Both the position numbers and the translations under genes were made by a program. DNA of 64,000 nt, taken from assembly GCA_010093705.1 (NCBI GenBank), contig MU006093.1:491557-555556 (forward strand), read 5' to 3'. Below, piece by piece: positions 25,763 through 38,600 of the stretch. Each line of letters starts with the position of its first letter. Positions within the stretch are counted from its first letter, which is position 1. Source of the DNA: Patellaria atrata CBS 101060. Its lineage: Eukaryota. Below the pieces are notes generated by a model. The model worked only from the letters and a program-made list of their open reading frames with translations. It ran no database searches and was not told the DNA's origin.

Positions 25763-28700
25763 ATGGTGAAGGCAGATCCCAAGCATAATTACTATGCGGA
25801 CCTCGACATATCACCCAATGCAGATACCGATGAAATCAAGAAGCAGTTTAGAAAACTAGGTGAGCCTCGCGATGATGATACTTAGGAAGAATCGTACACT
25901 AACATCCATCAGCGTTGAAGTATCACCCTGACCGCAACCCAGGTCGCGAGACAGAATGCGTTCCGCGGTTTCAAGCCATCCAAGCCGCGCACGAAATATT
26001 GACCGACAATGAAGTACGGGCAAAATATGATTCGGACAGGAGGAAATTCAGTTCAAATACGTACAGCACATTCAATACGGCATATGGGTTTGGAGCTCCG
26101 CGAACTTACGGTGGTATGAATGTACCAAAGGCACCCCGTCCTGCACCTGCTGCCTATCCCCCACCGCCGCGAAGGGCCGCGTCGACAGCTCAGTCAAAGC
26201 CCGACTTTGGTTCTACTCCATCATCAGGTGCAAATAGGTTTGCCCAATTCCCCAAACCTCCTCCACCGCCTCGTCAAAGCGCGAAAGACGATGCGGAAGC
26301 GAGAAGAAACAATTTTACCGCATGGGAGCAAATGCACAAAAAGAAAACCGGTGCCCCTCCACCACCGCCCCCTCCTCCGCCGCAACAGCAGGACACGTAC
26401 ACTCCTCACTACAGGCAGTCGTGGCAGGGAGCACAACCAATGGATCAGGATGATCTATTCGAGAAGGGGAAGTCAGCTTGGGAAGCATGGAATAGTGCAA
26501 AGCCTGGAGTTGGACGGAGCAATACAACCAAAACTCCCAAAAAGACGGGGTTTGATCCCAATTCAACTGGGGATGAGAGACAGGCCACCAGTACTTCCAA
26601 CTACCACACCACACACAGGTTTAGCCAACCCCCACCTCCACCTCCTCGAATGCAAACCGAAATTCCTATGCCCCCTCCCCGAGCCCCAACTGCGAAACGC
26701 CCTGATCCATTGGGTAATTTTCGGGCAAGAACTGATGCCGATTTTCATTTTGTCGAGGGAGATCCTAAGTTGAGGACTCCCTATGGGATGACCGGTGGAG
26801 AGAAGACATATTTTAACAGCGAAGGTCTCAAACGCTCGACGAGCACAAAAGATGCTCCAAATAGGTCTGAATCGGTGGAAAGGAACGCATACCGTAAACA
26901 TACTCCTCAGCCAGCGAACAGGCATCGTAGTGTCAGCCCACCTCGAGCCAGGCCGTATTCCGACGGTCATCCATCAACGCCCGCAGGAGCAAATACGGCG
27001 AATACACGGTCAAAGACAACAGAAAAGCACAAGTCCCAGCGAAGGTTCTTTGTGTATAGCGATTCGAGTGATTCAGAGACGGAATGTGGAAAACCGGAGA
27101 CTTTCACAAAACCTCATGCCCCTACTCCTCCTATCTTTGACCCTCAGAGCAGAGCGTTTCAAAAGGAACCTCAGGCTGCTAATGAACATAGGAATTACAC
27201 CGAACCCTTAAACCGACCAAAGGCACAACCTGGCACTTCCTGGACCGCTCCAAAGGGTAGATCTCCACAACCAACTAATGCGTCTCGTAACCCCTTTAAC
27301 AACCCCGAAGGAAATCCAACCTCCCCGAATGGACTCGGACAGAGAAGCAGCTCCAACATGTACGAACACACATCTTCTTCGTCTATCACTTCACGGCCTA
27401 ATGGTTGGCCTTACGGTACTGTCTGGGAGCGTCAGGGTAGAGGTGGAAGATTGCCAGATTGGGCATACCCCACTAGCATCAAGCCACCAAACAAACCCCA
27501 AATAAGACCGGCTGTTCAACAAGCCGTTCCTGCTCCGCAGTCGGGTCAACCTTCTTTTTTCCCACGTTACGCTCCCAATGACCCTAGAAAAACCCCAACC
27601 CCCCATGAAGACAGCGCGATGGACGATGACGAGGACGAGGAGGAAGAAGATACACATGGAACAACGCCAGAATGGGCATACCCCTCTGACGTAACACCAG
27701 TCAAGAATCACAGAAAACGGGCGGCTTCACAACAAGCCGTTCCCCCTCGGTTATCAAAGCAAGTTTCTCTTGCGTCTCAATTTTATCACACCACATACAT
27801 TCACGCTGGTGTCTCTGTTGAAGATTTAAGCTTTTCAACTGACAATCAATTTACATCTAGTTTCACGGTCCCGCTTGATCGTAGTCAGTTCCCTAACGTG
27901 GTTCGTCCGGGTTTCAAGAGTAAAAGCGAAGAGAGCATTAATACCAAATTCTCTCCCAATGAATGGTCAGGTAAATTTCAAGGCACACCGGACTACTTTG
28001 CGGTCCCGAAACCTCCATCACGGCCCGCAAGTCAATCAAGAGGACGCCCACCGCTCAATGTAAAGCCACCTGGTGGTCAGACCTATGATGGCCCTCAAGA
28101 CAATACACCCTCGAGCGCGACGAACGCAACCCAGATGCCACCCCCTCCCCGCCCAACCGCAGCGAAAGAGCCCGCCGGACCAAGTCCCAACGAGGTTAAA
28201 TTTTCCAAGGATGAGTGGGAAAAGACTTTCTCGGGAGCAACTTTGTTCTTCCCTCCACCGAAGGCATCTTCTCCAGTTCGTCCACCTCCCGTACGTCGCG
28301 GATCCAAGACTACCAAACCCAGGATTCCGCCAAGTGCCAAAGCGACGTCAAAAGTTCCAAAAAAAGCGAGTGTTAGTGATGTAGTAGATGAAGAAGATAG
28401 TGGAAGCGGTATATCCAGCTCTGCGACGACCGGGGCAAGTACAGATAGTGAGGCTATGGATATCGACCTGGAGCCACCTGCCAAAGCGACGACCGTTCCT
28501 ACGACCGCGACCGAACAACGTCGGGAACCTCGTATGATGCCAATTCCACCTATGCGTCCCGAGTGGCGTGAATCTGCACGCGTCACCAATAATTCGACAC
28601 CAGTGCATGGAATCGGCGCTACCAGGCCTCCTCCACCCCCACCGCCACAGCAACCTACATCTACGATCCCCCCAGGGTTTGGAAAATTGAGAGATTCTGG

Positions 28701-29211
28701 AGGCGTCAAGCTCGAAGATTTGACGAAAGTCTCTCCCTTTGCACAAACCACCACCGGACTCGAAGGACTCGATACCCTCTCTCAGAACCTCCCATTCACC
28801 TCGCAACCAGCGACCACAGCCCCACTCCGACCAACCCAGCCCCAGCCTCTCAAACTGCCCCTCCTCCCCGCCGCTCCGGAGCCGCCGGCTCGCTTGACCC
28901 AGTCAGCCTGGACGTCCTACAACCAGCGCATGAACATGTACATGTTCGAGTGGCACAAGTTCAACGAGGCCATCAACAAGCACTTCGCCGCGCGTCAGGC
29001 GGAAGAGGGGTTACTGCTCGGAACGAACTGGCTCGAGGCCGTCGGGGACGATTCTCACGGTCGGGGGTTTGAGAGTTACTGTAAGGGCTTGAAGGAGGAT
29101 GAGAGGGTTAGGGAACATTGGAATACGGGGCTCGAACGCCACGCTTTGGCTATGGAGAAGCATCGGGTCGTTAGAGCGAGAGTTGGGAGGGTTGGATTGG
29201 TGAGGGAGTAA
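25763..29211 (+). CDS. Large proline-rich J-domain (DnaJ) protein; intron 25860-25912 and a probable second intron ending at 27860
   Basis: MVKADPKHNYYADLDI...EIKKQFRKLALKYHPDRNPG..F..IQAAHEILTD...RAKYD is a J domain with HPD. C-terminal YM.EW..FN..I..HF..R and DERVREHW..G.E.H helical motif. Confidence 0.9.
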
Positions 29212-29692
29212 GAGATTTGTGAGATTGGATGGGAATGTTCTGATGGTTCGGTCGGGAGACTGGTTTGTTTGGTCGCTTCGGGTTAGAGGATCAAAACTGT
29301 CTGCTCGGACATCCGCTTTTCTGACAAACTCCGAGTATCGATCTCATTCATGTCTATATTTCAGCATTGGACGGAGTTGGATTTTGGTTACCCGTAGCGT
29401 TTCACTCTTCATACTCCATCTCTCCTGTCTCATTTGCTTTTCTGAAGTTTTTTTTTTCTGGAACCTTGCACTAATTATCATGCTTTTTCTTCACATGGTT
29501 GCGTTTTTTTTTCTTGTTGGTCATCTTTGGCAGTTTCTAAGATTTTCAGCGGCATCAGCGTGGATCTTTTTCTTTTGGCTTTGTCCCGGGTGAGGGGCGC
29601 TATCTTGTCGAGGGGATAGATACCATAGAGCTGGTTGAGCGATGGCGTTCTGGTTCTCGTTCTGGGAGGGGATGTGTTGAGTTAAATGGACT

Positions 29693-29790
29693 GAGTGAGA
29701 GAGGATGAGTGAGAGAGGATGAGTGAGAGAGGATGAGTGAGAGAGGATGAGTGAGAGCGGATGAGTGAGAGAGGATGAGTGAGAGAGTGA
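29693..29790. repeat. 14-bp tandem repeat (GAGTGAGAGAGGAT)n
   Basis: About 6-7 near-perfect copies seen directly. Confidence 0.95.
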
Positions 29791-30387
29791 GCATGAGTGA
29801 GGATTTGCAATTATCTTGTATGTAGGATAGATGAGCAGGGGAGGAAAGGAGTCGAGTGAATGAATGAATGGATGGTTGAATATATATGCGGTACACAGTG
29901 GTTTTGTCCGTGAAGATATAGTAGCTTAGCTTCATTCCCCTTACGTATGTGGCAGAGAGGATGTGTAGGACAGGATTAGAGCCCTGGATATATCGGATAC
30001 ATGACCTAGGTATGCTGGAGATATATAGGGCATACGATACGTTCCAGGTTAGAATACCAGAGCCGTCTCTTTGGCGTCGACGCGGTGGGTATATTACCCC
30101 TACCCTTCCGTCCACCCCACATTGTAGCCGTAGTTCTAAATCGATATGTATTCCAGGTATATCTCGCCGCGACGCGTGGGTTAGGTCTACAATACGGTAA
30201 AGAGAAAAGGGGTAGAACGATTGGAAACGGCGTATATTGAAGTTAACGGTGTTGAAGCAGTAGATGTTGAAAATGTGATTTTGTGGGGAACTATGATGGA
30301 GAAGTATCGAGGCGACTGGCCAGTGTGTGAGAGGGCAGCATATGTTGGAACATGTCACGGGTATATCTTTCATTTCTCTCGGGCTGG

Positions 30388-30423
30388 AGGGTCGAGGGTC
30401 GAGGGTCGAGGGTCGAGGGTCGA
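30388..30423. repeat. (GAGGGTC)n heptamer repeat
   Basis: Five copies seen directly. Confidence 0.9.
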
Positions 30424-30567
30424 AAGTGCACTGAGGAGCATGCCCCCGTAACTGGGACCCATGACGAGATAGAAGATAGAAGAATAAATAGGACCCTAAA
30501 CGAGCTGGAAAAGAACTGGAAGTGAAACTGAGGGCACTGAACAAATTAGAGTAGAGACAGCTAATAG

Positions 30568-30891
30568 CCTCTCCCTCTCCTCTCCCTCTCCCTCTTCCTC
30601 TCCCTCTTCCTCTTCCTCTTCCTCTTCCTCTTCCTCTTCCTCTTCCTCTTCCTCTTCCTCTTCCTCTTCCTCTTCCTCTTCCTCTTCCTCTTCCNNNNNN
30701 NNNNNNNNNNNNNNNNNNNNNNNNNNNNNNNNNNNNNNNNNNNNNNNNNNNNNNNNNNNNNNNNNNNNNNNNNNNNNNNNNNNNNNNNNNNNNNTCTTCC
30801 TCTTCCTCTTCCTCTTCCTCTTCCTCTTCCTCTTCCTCTTCCTCTTCCTCTTCCTCTTCCTCTTCCTCTTCCTCTTCCTCTTCCTCTTCTT
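30568..30891. repeat. (CCTCTT)n polypyrimidine microsatellite spanning an assembly gap (30695-30794)
   Basis: Seen on both sides of the N run; true length unknown. Confidence 0.97.
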
Positions 30892-30967
30892 CAATCCAAA
30901 CAAGGCCCATCCCTTATCTTGTTTCACCATGTATCCCATCTCCTCATATCCTCTTCCCTTCCTACTC

Positions 30968-31022
30968 ATATCCCCTTCCCTTACTACTGATATCCCCTTC
31001 CCTTACTACTGATATCCCCTTC
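30968..31022. repeat. 21-bp direct repeat (ATATCCCCTTCCTTACTACTG-like), about 2.5 copies
   Basis: Seen directly. Confidence 0.75.
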
Positions 31023-32265
31023 TTTCCTTTCCCTCCCTCCCCATTTCCCAGAACATAACAGGACAGTACACACCGCATGATCCGACTTCCTCCGAAGAAC
31101 AACACCGAAACACCCCCCCTCCCCCCTTTTCCCCGCACCAAACCATATAGACTACTTGAAAAACTTGAGGGGGGAGTGAGGAAAGGGGCATGACGCTTCT
31201 AAAGTGCATTTAAGCCCTTTCGAACCATGAAAGCAAAAACAGGGGAAAGAGGCAAGGGGGAAACTAAATATATAAGAAACATACGAGTACTCTCCAACCC
31301 TAATCAACAGATATACCTTTCCTTAAATCCTCACCTTCCCTAGCAGAAAAAAAAAAAGGGGGGGGAAATCATGAAACCCACATAACCTTTACACCCTCTA
31401 ATCTCCCCATCCCCTCATCCCTAGATCCCATCAAAGCACATCAGAGACAGTCGATTACAATAGAACTCATCATCAGATACAGAAAAGAACCCGCACATGA
31501 GTCGACTGATACCGGCAAACTCCCATGACAGGCCTTGAACGCAAATAGCCTTAGCCCTCCTTTCCTTTTCGTCGAGGCCTGTAGTCACCTTCCTAGGCCA
31601 TGAGTTGGGGGTTTCCCATCTCTTGATCGTCATGGAAAATCGTATTAAGCTGACCCAGAATCTAAGGGGAAAACGGCGGTCCAGGATCCAAGCTCATAGG
31701 ATATACCCCAATCTCACCATCAAACTCTCTCCTCTTAATCAATAGTAATATAATCACATAGAACCATCACATTAACAAGTGAACATAAAACCCAATCTCG
31801 ATTCTTTCTATGCTAACGAAACTGATACATAACTACCAAACAATCACGCCTTTAAAACCCGAACCCCGCACCTAAGTGAAAGGGCCACGCCTTGCAAGGG
31901 AAAATGAAAGGGAAAGCCTGCATATGATGTAAAGAAAAGGAAATTATGATGAGAGGGAAAGAAGTGGTGAAAGGGTAGCTGGGAACCTAAGGGAGGGAAA
32001 GGGGAAATATGCTTTGCCTGAATCTCGAGAACCTGAAATACCAAATACCAAATCTGAATACAACTGTCAAGGCGGCCTAATGATCATTAACTATCGTCTA
32101 TCGTCCATCGTACTTCTTGTCCTCCATACAATATCCCCATTTCAACTTTTTTGTGTGGTCCATGTTCTTTCATGTGTAGCCTATCTTGGTTGTCATTAGT
32201 GGCTTTCGTGAATGGACATTGTTCAACCCTTAGAGGATGATGTCAGTTATTTTTACAATTCTGAC

Positions 32266-33792
32266 TTAGGAAGTAGTAATTAAGGGTTCCTCGGCAGTCC
32301 TCTTTTCGGATACGGGATCCGATTTGGGAGCGATGGGGAAGTCCTTGGTGTTCACTTCAGGGCTAGCAGATCTACCCCTCGCATTGCCAATGTATTCGGA
32401 CGCCTTATTAGTATACTCGTGGGTGTATGACTTCAAGGTGGCTGAAGCATTGCTGGTATGTTGAGCCGCAAGATCCTTGATTTGAGTAGCCTGTTGGCCC
32501 ACGATTGTACGGCCCTGCTCAAGCTGAGCATCGATTACGTCCTTGTTCTTGATATAAATAAGAGGACCGAGGTAAACGATTGATGTACCGATGAGGCTGA
32601 GACCCCAAAGTGGGACCACCTTGATCAAGTAGTACGAAAGGAAAGCTCCGAAGAAAGCCTATGGATGTAAGTAGAGTTCCCTAGCTACTTCAGAATCGAT
32701 ACTAACCGCTCCGGTGACATAGACATTCTCAGCAAACACAACACGTTGGAACTCGATCACAAAGAAGTTGATGAGTTGCTCGAAATCGTCCAGGAATCGC
32801 TCAAGAGACTCCTTAGGGATGGTGAAGTACTTCTTCGGACGAATTTGAGTTGTGAGACCCTTTCCGAATGCCAGACTGCCGGCAAGCTCTGCAGCTGCGG
32901 TGACTTTTGTATGTTAGCGGTGTGGTCTTTCCCGGAGCGGGCACGATGTTACATACTACCAAATACCAAGTAGGAGATGCGGAAGAACCATCTCAGGATT
33001 GGGAGATATCGAGCCGCGAAGATGAAGAGAATAGAGGCGACGAAAGAGATGGATGTAGCACGAGGGTTCTTCCACTGCAAACTATTAGCGTCACATTCGG
33101 TAATAAATAGATGGCATACATACGCTCAAGAGTCTATAGAACATAGAGTGGTAGTCTATGAGTGATTAGTATTATGATATCGCGACGTCTTCTTCATTTA
33201 CGTACGGGTCAAGGGCTGGCCAGTAGCGGCGGGGGCATCGGGTATCGTGCGAGAGTCCATAAGATCACGGAACTCATTGGATGTAATTTGAGACTGCTCT
33301 TTGGCAACCTGAGCCACCGGAGCTGCATGGTGTTAGTGTTATTGAGGAATTCTGAAGCTCGTGTGTAACTGTTGCAGCCCGTCAGTAAAGCCTGTGGTGG
33401 TGATGATGATGCAGTCAAGATGCGCATACCTAACCATTATTTACAGCATCCATGACGTTCTGAGTAGCGGGATGATTCTTGATAGTTTCCGTAGCTTGTT
33501 GTGCAGCTGTTATTTAGTTAATATGGAGGCGAAGGGGAAGATTCGTGCAGAGGCAGATAAGGAAAACTGGTGATGGACAAACAAGTTGGTTAGTCTAGAT
33601 TTCGGCAAAGGAGGGACGACCGTGACGCCATTTACATACCTCACAGCTCAAAACAGTCTGCTTCGCCTTATTCAAATTTTCTTGATTCAGAGTTCCATTG
33701 AGATAGCCATCATTCTGCTCTGTTGATGTCGTAGGATCAAGGCTGGAATGATCGAATGCAGGAGTTTCGATGTGAGGAATATCGCTGCTCAT
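32266..33792 (-). CDS. Reticulon-like protein (Rtn1/Cwl1 family); exons 33792-33645, 33506-33435, 33322-33206, 33155-33124, 33074-32957, 32903-32707, 32658-32266
   Basis: Spliced product has TGQPLTHYHSMFYRLLSWKNPRAT..SF, RPKKYFTIPKE.LE..LDD.EQLINFFVIEFQRVVFAEN and YYLIKVVPLWGLSLI...YLGPLIY.KNK..ID (reticulon domain). All intron phases check out; the first two introns are stwintrons. Confidence 0.93.
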
Positions 33793-34569
33793 TTTGACTT
33801 TTGGAAGGTGTTTTATGTTTGACAAGGTACAAATTGTGCCAGTAAGTTACAGACACAAGACCAGGTTTTGCAGCTGTGTGGACAGGAGAGAGGGAAGATT
33901 TGAAGAAGTTGAAAGTTATTTGGAGCTGGGAAACTAAGTTGAAGTTTTTTGAGAGTTGATAGCAGGTTGTTGTTGGAGGTTTGGAGGAATTTCTTGCTTT
34001 GTTGACTTGTCGTGTGCCTCCCCTTTCGCTACGTAATTTGACGCCTAGCGCGAATGTCCCTTAGGTTGGTCCTCACCTTCACTGGCCACCAAGGACACAA
34101 GTTCTCCACAACTTGGTATGTATAGTGACAACTACTATCTACTACTCTTTCCAAAAGGTGTCGTATCAGACGAGTGAAAGACTTGGTGGGCGTATATTTC
34201 GAGGACCAGAGCGCCAGACAACTTGTACGGTACAGTATGGAGTACAAGTAATGAACGCCTCGAAGTTGAATAATAATTGCATGTGATTCCGTGAAACATG
34301 TAGTTCTAGTTCTCCCAGTTACCAAACTTACCAGCTTCTCTTTTTATTAAAGATCGGCCATTTTCGAGGAGTGCCCCACTTTTTGCTATTCTTAGATTAA
34401 CTCCTTAAGTTGTCACAATATATGGGTCAATAATGAAGCAAATATAGCACTGCAAATGCTATGATTGATTGATTGTGGTACGTGATTGTAGCATTCATAA
34501 CCGATGATTCCATAAACCCCCTTAAGCCGTACCATGACCGTACGCATTGCAGAGACGAAGTCATCATTC

Positions 34570-35414
34570 CTACCTGTAGCGCCAAAGAGACAAAGTGTTG
34601 TGACGCTTCCAGGTCTTCCTGCGGCCAGCCGTTGTCTTGTTGTAGCCGTGACCCTTGCCCAAACCGCGGGACTTCTTGCCGGTTGCGGTAAGTCCACGAG
34701 CCTCGCGATGCTGTTATCTTGCGTCAGTCACGTCTCTATGAGCAGTATGTTGTCAAGGGACCTTCTCACCTTATGGACGGGGTTCACGATCCAGTTGATG
34801 CGAGGATCGCGACGGATGGCTTTGTGTTGAGGATCCACTAGGATGACCTCGTAGTATTTGTATGTTGAGTCCTGGTTGATCCAGTACGAGTTGAGTACGC
34901 GAAGATTGGCGCAACGACGACCCACACGCTCCTCAGCGGTCGACTTAAGAGAGCGTTGATATTTGAGTTGGTTCACACCCTGATTTGTGGGTTTGCCTTT
35001 CATTAACGGGTAAGCCAATTGTTCCTACGATTCCTTTTTGTCCATATCAACATACCATAAGTAGCACCCTTTGGTACAGGTCGCTTCCTTCCTCCTCGCC
35101 TAACTCTCACACGGTAGATAACATAACCTTGCTTGGCTTTGTATCCGAGGCGGCGAGCTTTATCTGGACGAGACGGGCGCGAAGCACGGTGGATGACGTT
35201 CAGTTGGCGGAGCTAAATTGATGCACTCTCAGCAAAGTTCAACGAGTGACATCAAGACGATCAATTTCGACCCCAGCTTGCGCTGAGTGGAAAATGTATA
35301 CGTCGCTCATGTGGGATATTCTCATACCTCCCAGCAGCGGACACGGAGAAGAAAACGCAATACATCGGACTGCTTCTTCTTCTGAAGTTCTTCGACGTAT
35401 TTGAGGGCGCCCAT
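34570..35414 (-). CDS. RPL15: 60S ribosomal protein L15 (eL15); exons 35414-35328, 35212-35056, 34996-34770, 34710-34570
   Basis: [33 protein letters not shown]...[17 protein letters not shown]...[26 protein letters not shown]...LSLWRYR. A 5' UTR intron (35549-35415) ends immediately before the ATG. Confidence 0.98.
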
Positions 35415-35619
35415 CTGGGAAGAAATTCGAGGTTAGCGACACTACTCTGGAGACAAGCTGTTACTGTGTTGCAGAATCATGGAAAAGTAGTAGCAGGGAA
35501 TAGAATGGGTAGAGAATTTTTACATCTCACAATTGGAGTTGGTACATACCTTGACGTTGTTGGCGACGCTTCGTGGAGATTATCGTTATGGACGTTATGG
35601 AAAAATTGGGCGAGTCGTT

Positions 35620-35660
35620 GTGGGCTTAGGGACAGCTCGCTTAGATCAGGTCACGTGCGC
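35620..35660. promoter_or_regulatory. Candidate ribosomal-protein promoter elements (GGGCTTAGGG and TCACGTG)
   Basis: About 70-110 nt upstream of the RPL15 leader-intron donor. CCCTAA-type and CACGTG motifs occur in fungal RP promoters; the assignment is inferred. Confidence 0.35.
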
Positions 35661-38600
35661 GCGTTCACGATGTTCCTTGGCACTTCGACCATTAACTCGA
35701 TGTTAACATCGGTTACGATTGCAGGTCTAAAAGCTGAGATAACTTCCAAGTCAACTTCAACAACATCGAATCCTTTGCTTTGCTGTCGAAACTCTAAATC
35801 CCGCTGGCAACACTATCCGTTGTCACACAACATAAACTAACATTATATTTAATTGTCCAAAGCGACTATTGGTATGCAGAGTTATTCCCGGGCCATCTTT
35901 CCCTAGTGCATTTCTGGTCCATGAAGTTACACAACTTAATTTCTATCTTTGTGGCTGCCGTCAACGCGCACCTGATCATTTTCCTAAGTCTACTTTGCCA
36001 ACACTTGCATTTTATATCCAGTCTGTTTCTTGTTCACGCGGATTCCGGCATCGCAATTCGGTCTATCTTCGTAGTACTCGCCGACATGTGGCTCAATTTG
36101 ATACTGGTAGCAACCTGGGGATCACTGCGATATGTTCCCGAACTGTATACTCTCGCTGTCCAACGGACCCCGGGCGGTGCACTTCGTAGATCTTCTACTG
36201 TAAAACCAACATAAGCGAGGCGAAGTCCATGAGCGTAACTCTCTAGTCGTTGTGCTTCGGGGTTTGCGATATACGATTCCTCCCGAAGCTCGACTGGGCC
36301 ATTCAGTATTGGACAACGTGGTCGACCACGGACACGCTTTAGAGAATCTCTTTTGAATAGTCCTTTAAGTGCCACCGTGCATTTTAGTCTGCACGGTATA
36401 CTGCTGTTCGTTGATACTCCAATATGCGTACGAACATTCCCTCTTCAGAGCAATCAACGGAGGTACCGATACATTTTTCCTAGGAGAGATCTTCGAGCTG
36501 TGACGACATTCGTATGCTAGAAAGTTATGTAGATACCGTATTTCTGGTATGCGTGACTGAGGCTAAGCTAGCGAGTCAACTTCTGGTCTTTAAGCTCGTA
36601 GCTATGCGGTCGTCGAACGGATATATCGCTGTTGGTTAAGAGTACTCATAGGTTATTCTGAGGACAACTGGTATAGTATGCTACTGATGTCTCCTAAAAC
36701 TTGGTGTAGTAATGCTGTACATTCAAACTGTCGGAACTAATCGAGATTCGGAGTGAAATACCGCTATTGTTGAATATTAACACCCGTGGATAAACAATCA
36801 GACTGGATTGTAGATCACCTTGGCTGCGGGGTCTCTCTTCGTGGAATCGTGGCATACTGTTCGGCGCAATCGTGGACGGCTTTATATCATTCTATTGGAT
36901 TATGTTCATAGCTCTTTTTGCCGTAATAGTTCGAACTCATGATTGAGTTTTCGGTATAATTCAGCAGCTTTGCGGAAACCCAAACGTGTATCGATCCGGA
37001 GGGTGTTGTTCCGTAACTCGATGTGGCTACTTTAAAGTATACAGATAGAAATTGGTGATGCGCAACGTTCGAAGTTTCCATTGATGTCCATCAATTTCAT
37101 CTAGTGGAATACTTTTTCTACGTCGTCGAGCACTAGCCAATGAAGATGAAATGCGAGTCGGGTCGGGTAGAGACCACAGAATTTTGCCTTTGCACCCTCA
37201 GGCAAGTAAAATAGGGGAATAATAGCCGATCATTAGTGATTTCCTAGGATATTGACGAGTCAGATAAGGGGTTGCAAACTGTTTTACCATTCATAAGGAA
37301 TCGCGTCAGTACTATAACTCAAGATACGTTTGCGTGATGGCATGCAACAAGATCGATCATGAGAGCGGAGACTGCAGGAATGATACTTAGGAGCTACGGC
37401 CACCTATCAGAGGAGACTGTAGGGAAACGATACGATTTCGATTCAGATACCCGGCACACCAGGTATATTCGCCATTGCTGTCGTAAGTCTGTGATGAAAT
37501 GCTCTTTTACCTAGTAGGACTATCTTTACATCGACCTCAAAAAGGATCCTTCAAAAATAAAAGTGATGAGCAGCACTCTCTAACCTTGATGAGTGGTCTT
37601 CCAAGCCGTATGTCGCCGTCCTCGGGGAGGGGCCTTTTCCCACGTTGTCGCTTGTCAGTTAACCTCGAGGCGGTCCGTTGCGCTTGACCGTTTATTTCGG
37701 TTTCGGCTATAATACAGCTACTTAAGCTTGACACCGGCTCTTTAAGATCGGCTTCAAGGTTTCACATCAGTAATATGCATCATGCCTGCATACACGTGCA
37801 TCAAATGATGCACCGAACTTCTAAAAATGCGCCATTGAGCTTTGATCAGTGACAATGTGATACCAGCAATAGGAGGCAGATTTTACCGCTGATACCGCAC
37901 ATTTTGTTCAGCTAAGTGTTCAGCTTGCCGTTTCCTCAATAGAAGAGCCCTTAATTACATCTTTAAATGACAGTCAATGACGAGTAGGCAACTCAATCAC
38001 ACTTTTGAAGATTTAAGGGATTGGATCATTAGCTCGAGGGTGCATATGTATGTGTACACCAACAGAGGTCATCTGTCAGTCAAGTCTGCATCTCTGCAAG
38101 TTGCATCACACCTGGAAATCTGGATGTGGCCGTACCATGATGCATCTTAAAATGCAAGAAATTGTGATGCGCAGGGGCGGTGTAGAAGGACCTAGTCATG
38201 CGAAATAGTTGCTGACAGATGAAACTTATGATTGATGACGGCATAGCAGGAATTGGTGGATTCTGACTGGCAGTAAAACTCAGGTAGGTCGACCTCACGA
38301 GGTGTTGAGGTTACAACCAGAGTAGGCTCTTATAGACGGATCCACTGTTGACACTCAACGTATCTCTTCTGGAGTAACACAGCAGTTAGAAGAATGAGAG
38401 CGTGACACAATGGTCTCACTGGAGTACCCAATATTCTGGGATTTGGGATGCAATATGCAAGCTGCAAGGCGGGTAGGCACCCGTACTTAGAACAAAGTAC
38501 AGTACTTACATTATCAGCCCAACAATGACGGGAATACGTACCTGTACTGTCTCCCGAGATGAAGCTGGGCCAAGGAAAAAAACAAGGGATACAAGACTTA

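Noticed and set aside
29600..30969. Long minus-strand ORFs with poly-E, GR and KR repeats
   Set aside because: Artefacts of microsatellites and the N gap.
34480..34570. C/D snoRNA just downstream of the RPL15 stop (ATGATGA on the minus strand)
   Set aside because: No suitably placed CTGA D box or terminal stem found.
36034..36375. 113-aa minus ORF with an AT-hook-like GRPR
   Set aside because: Non-ATG start, no other domain signal and several equally weak overlapping ORFs.
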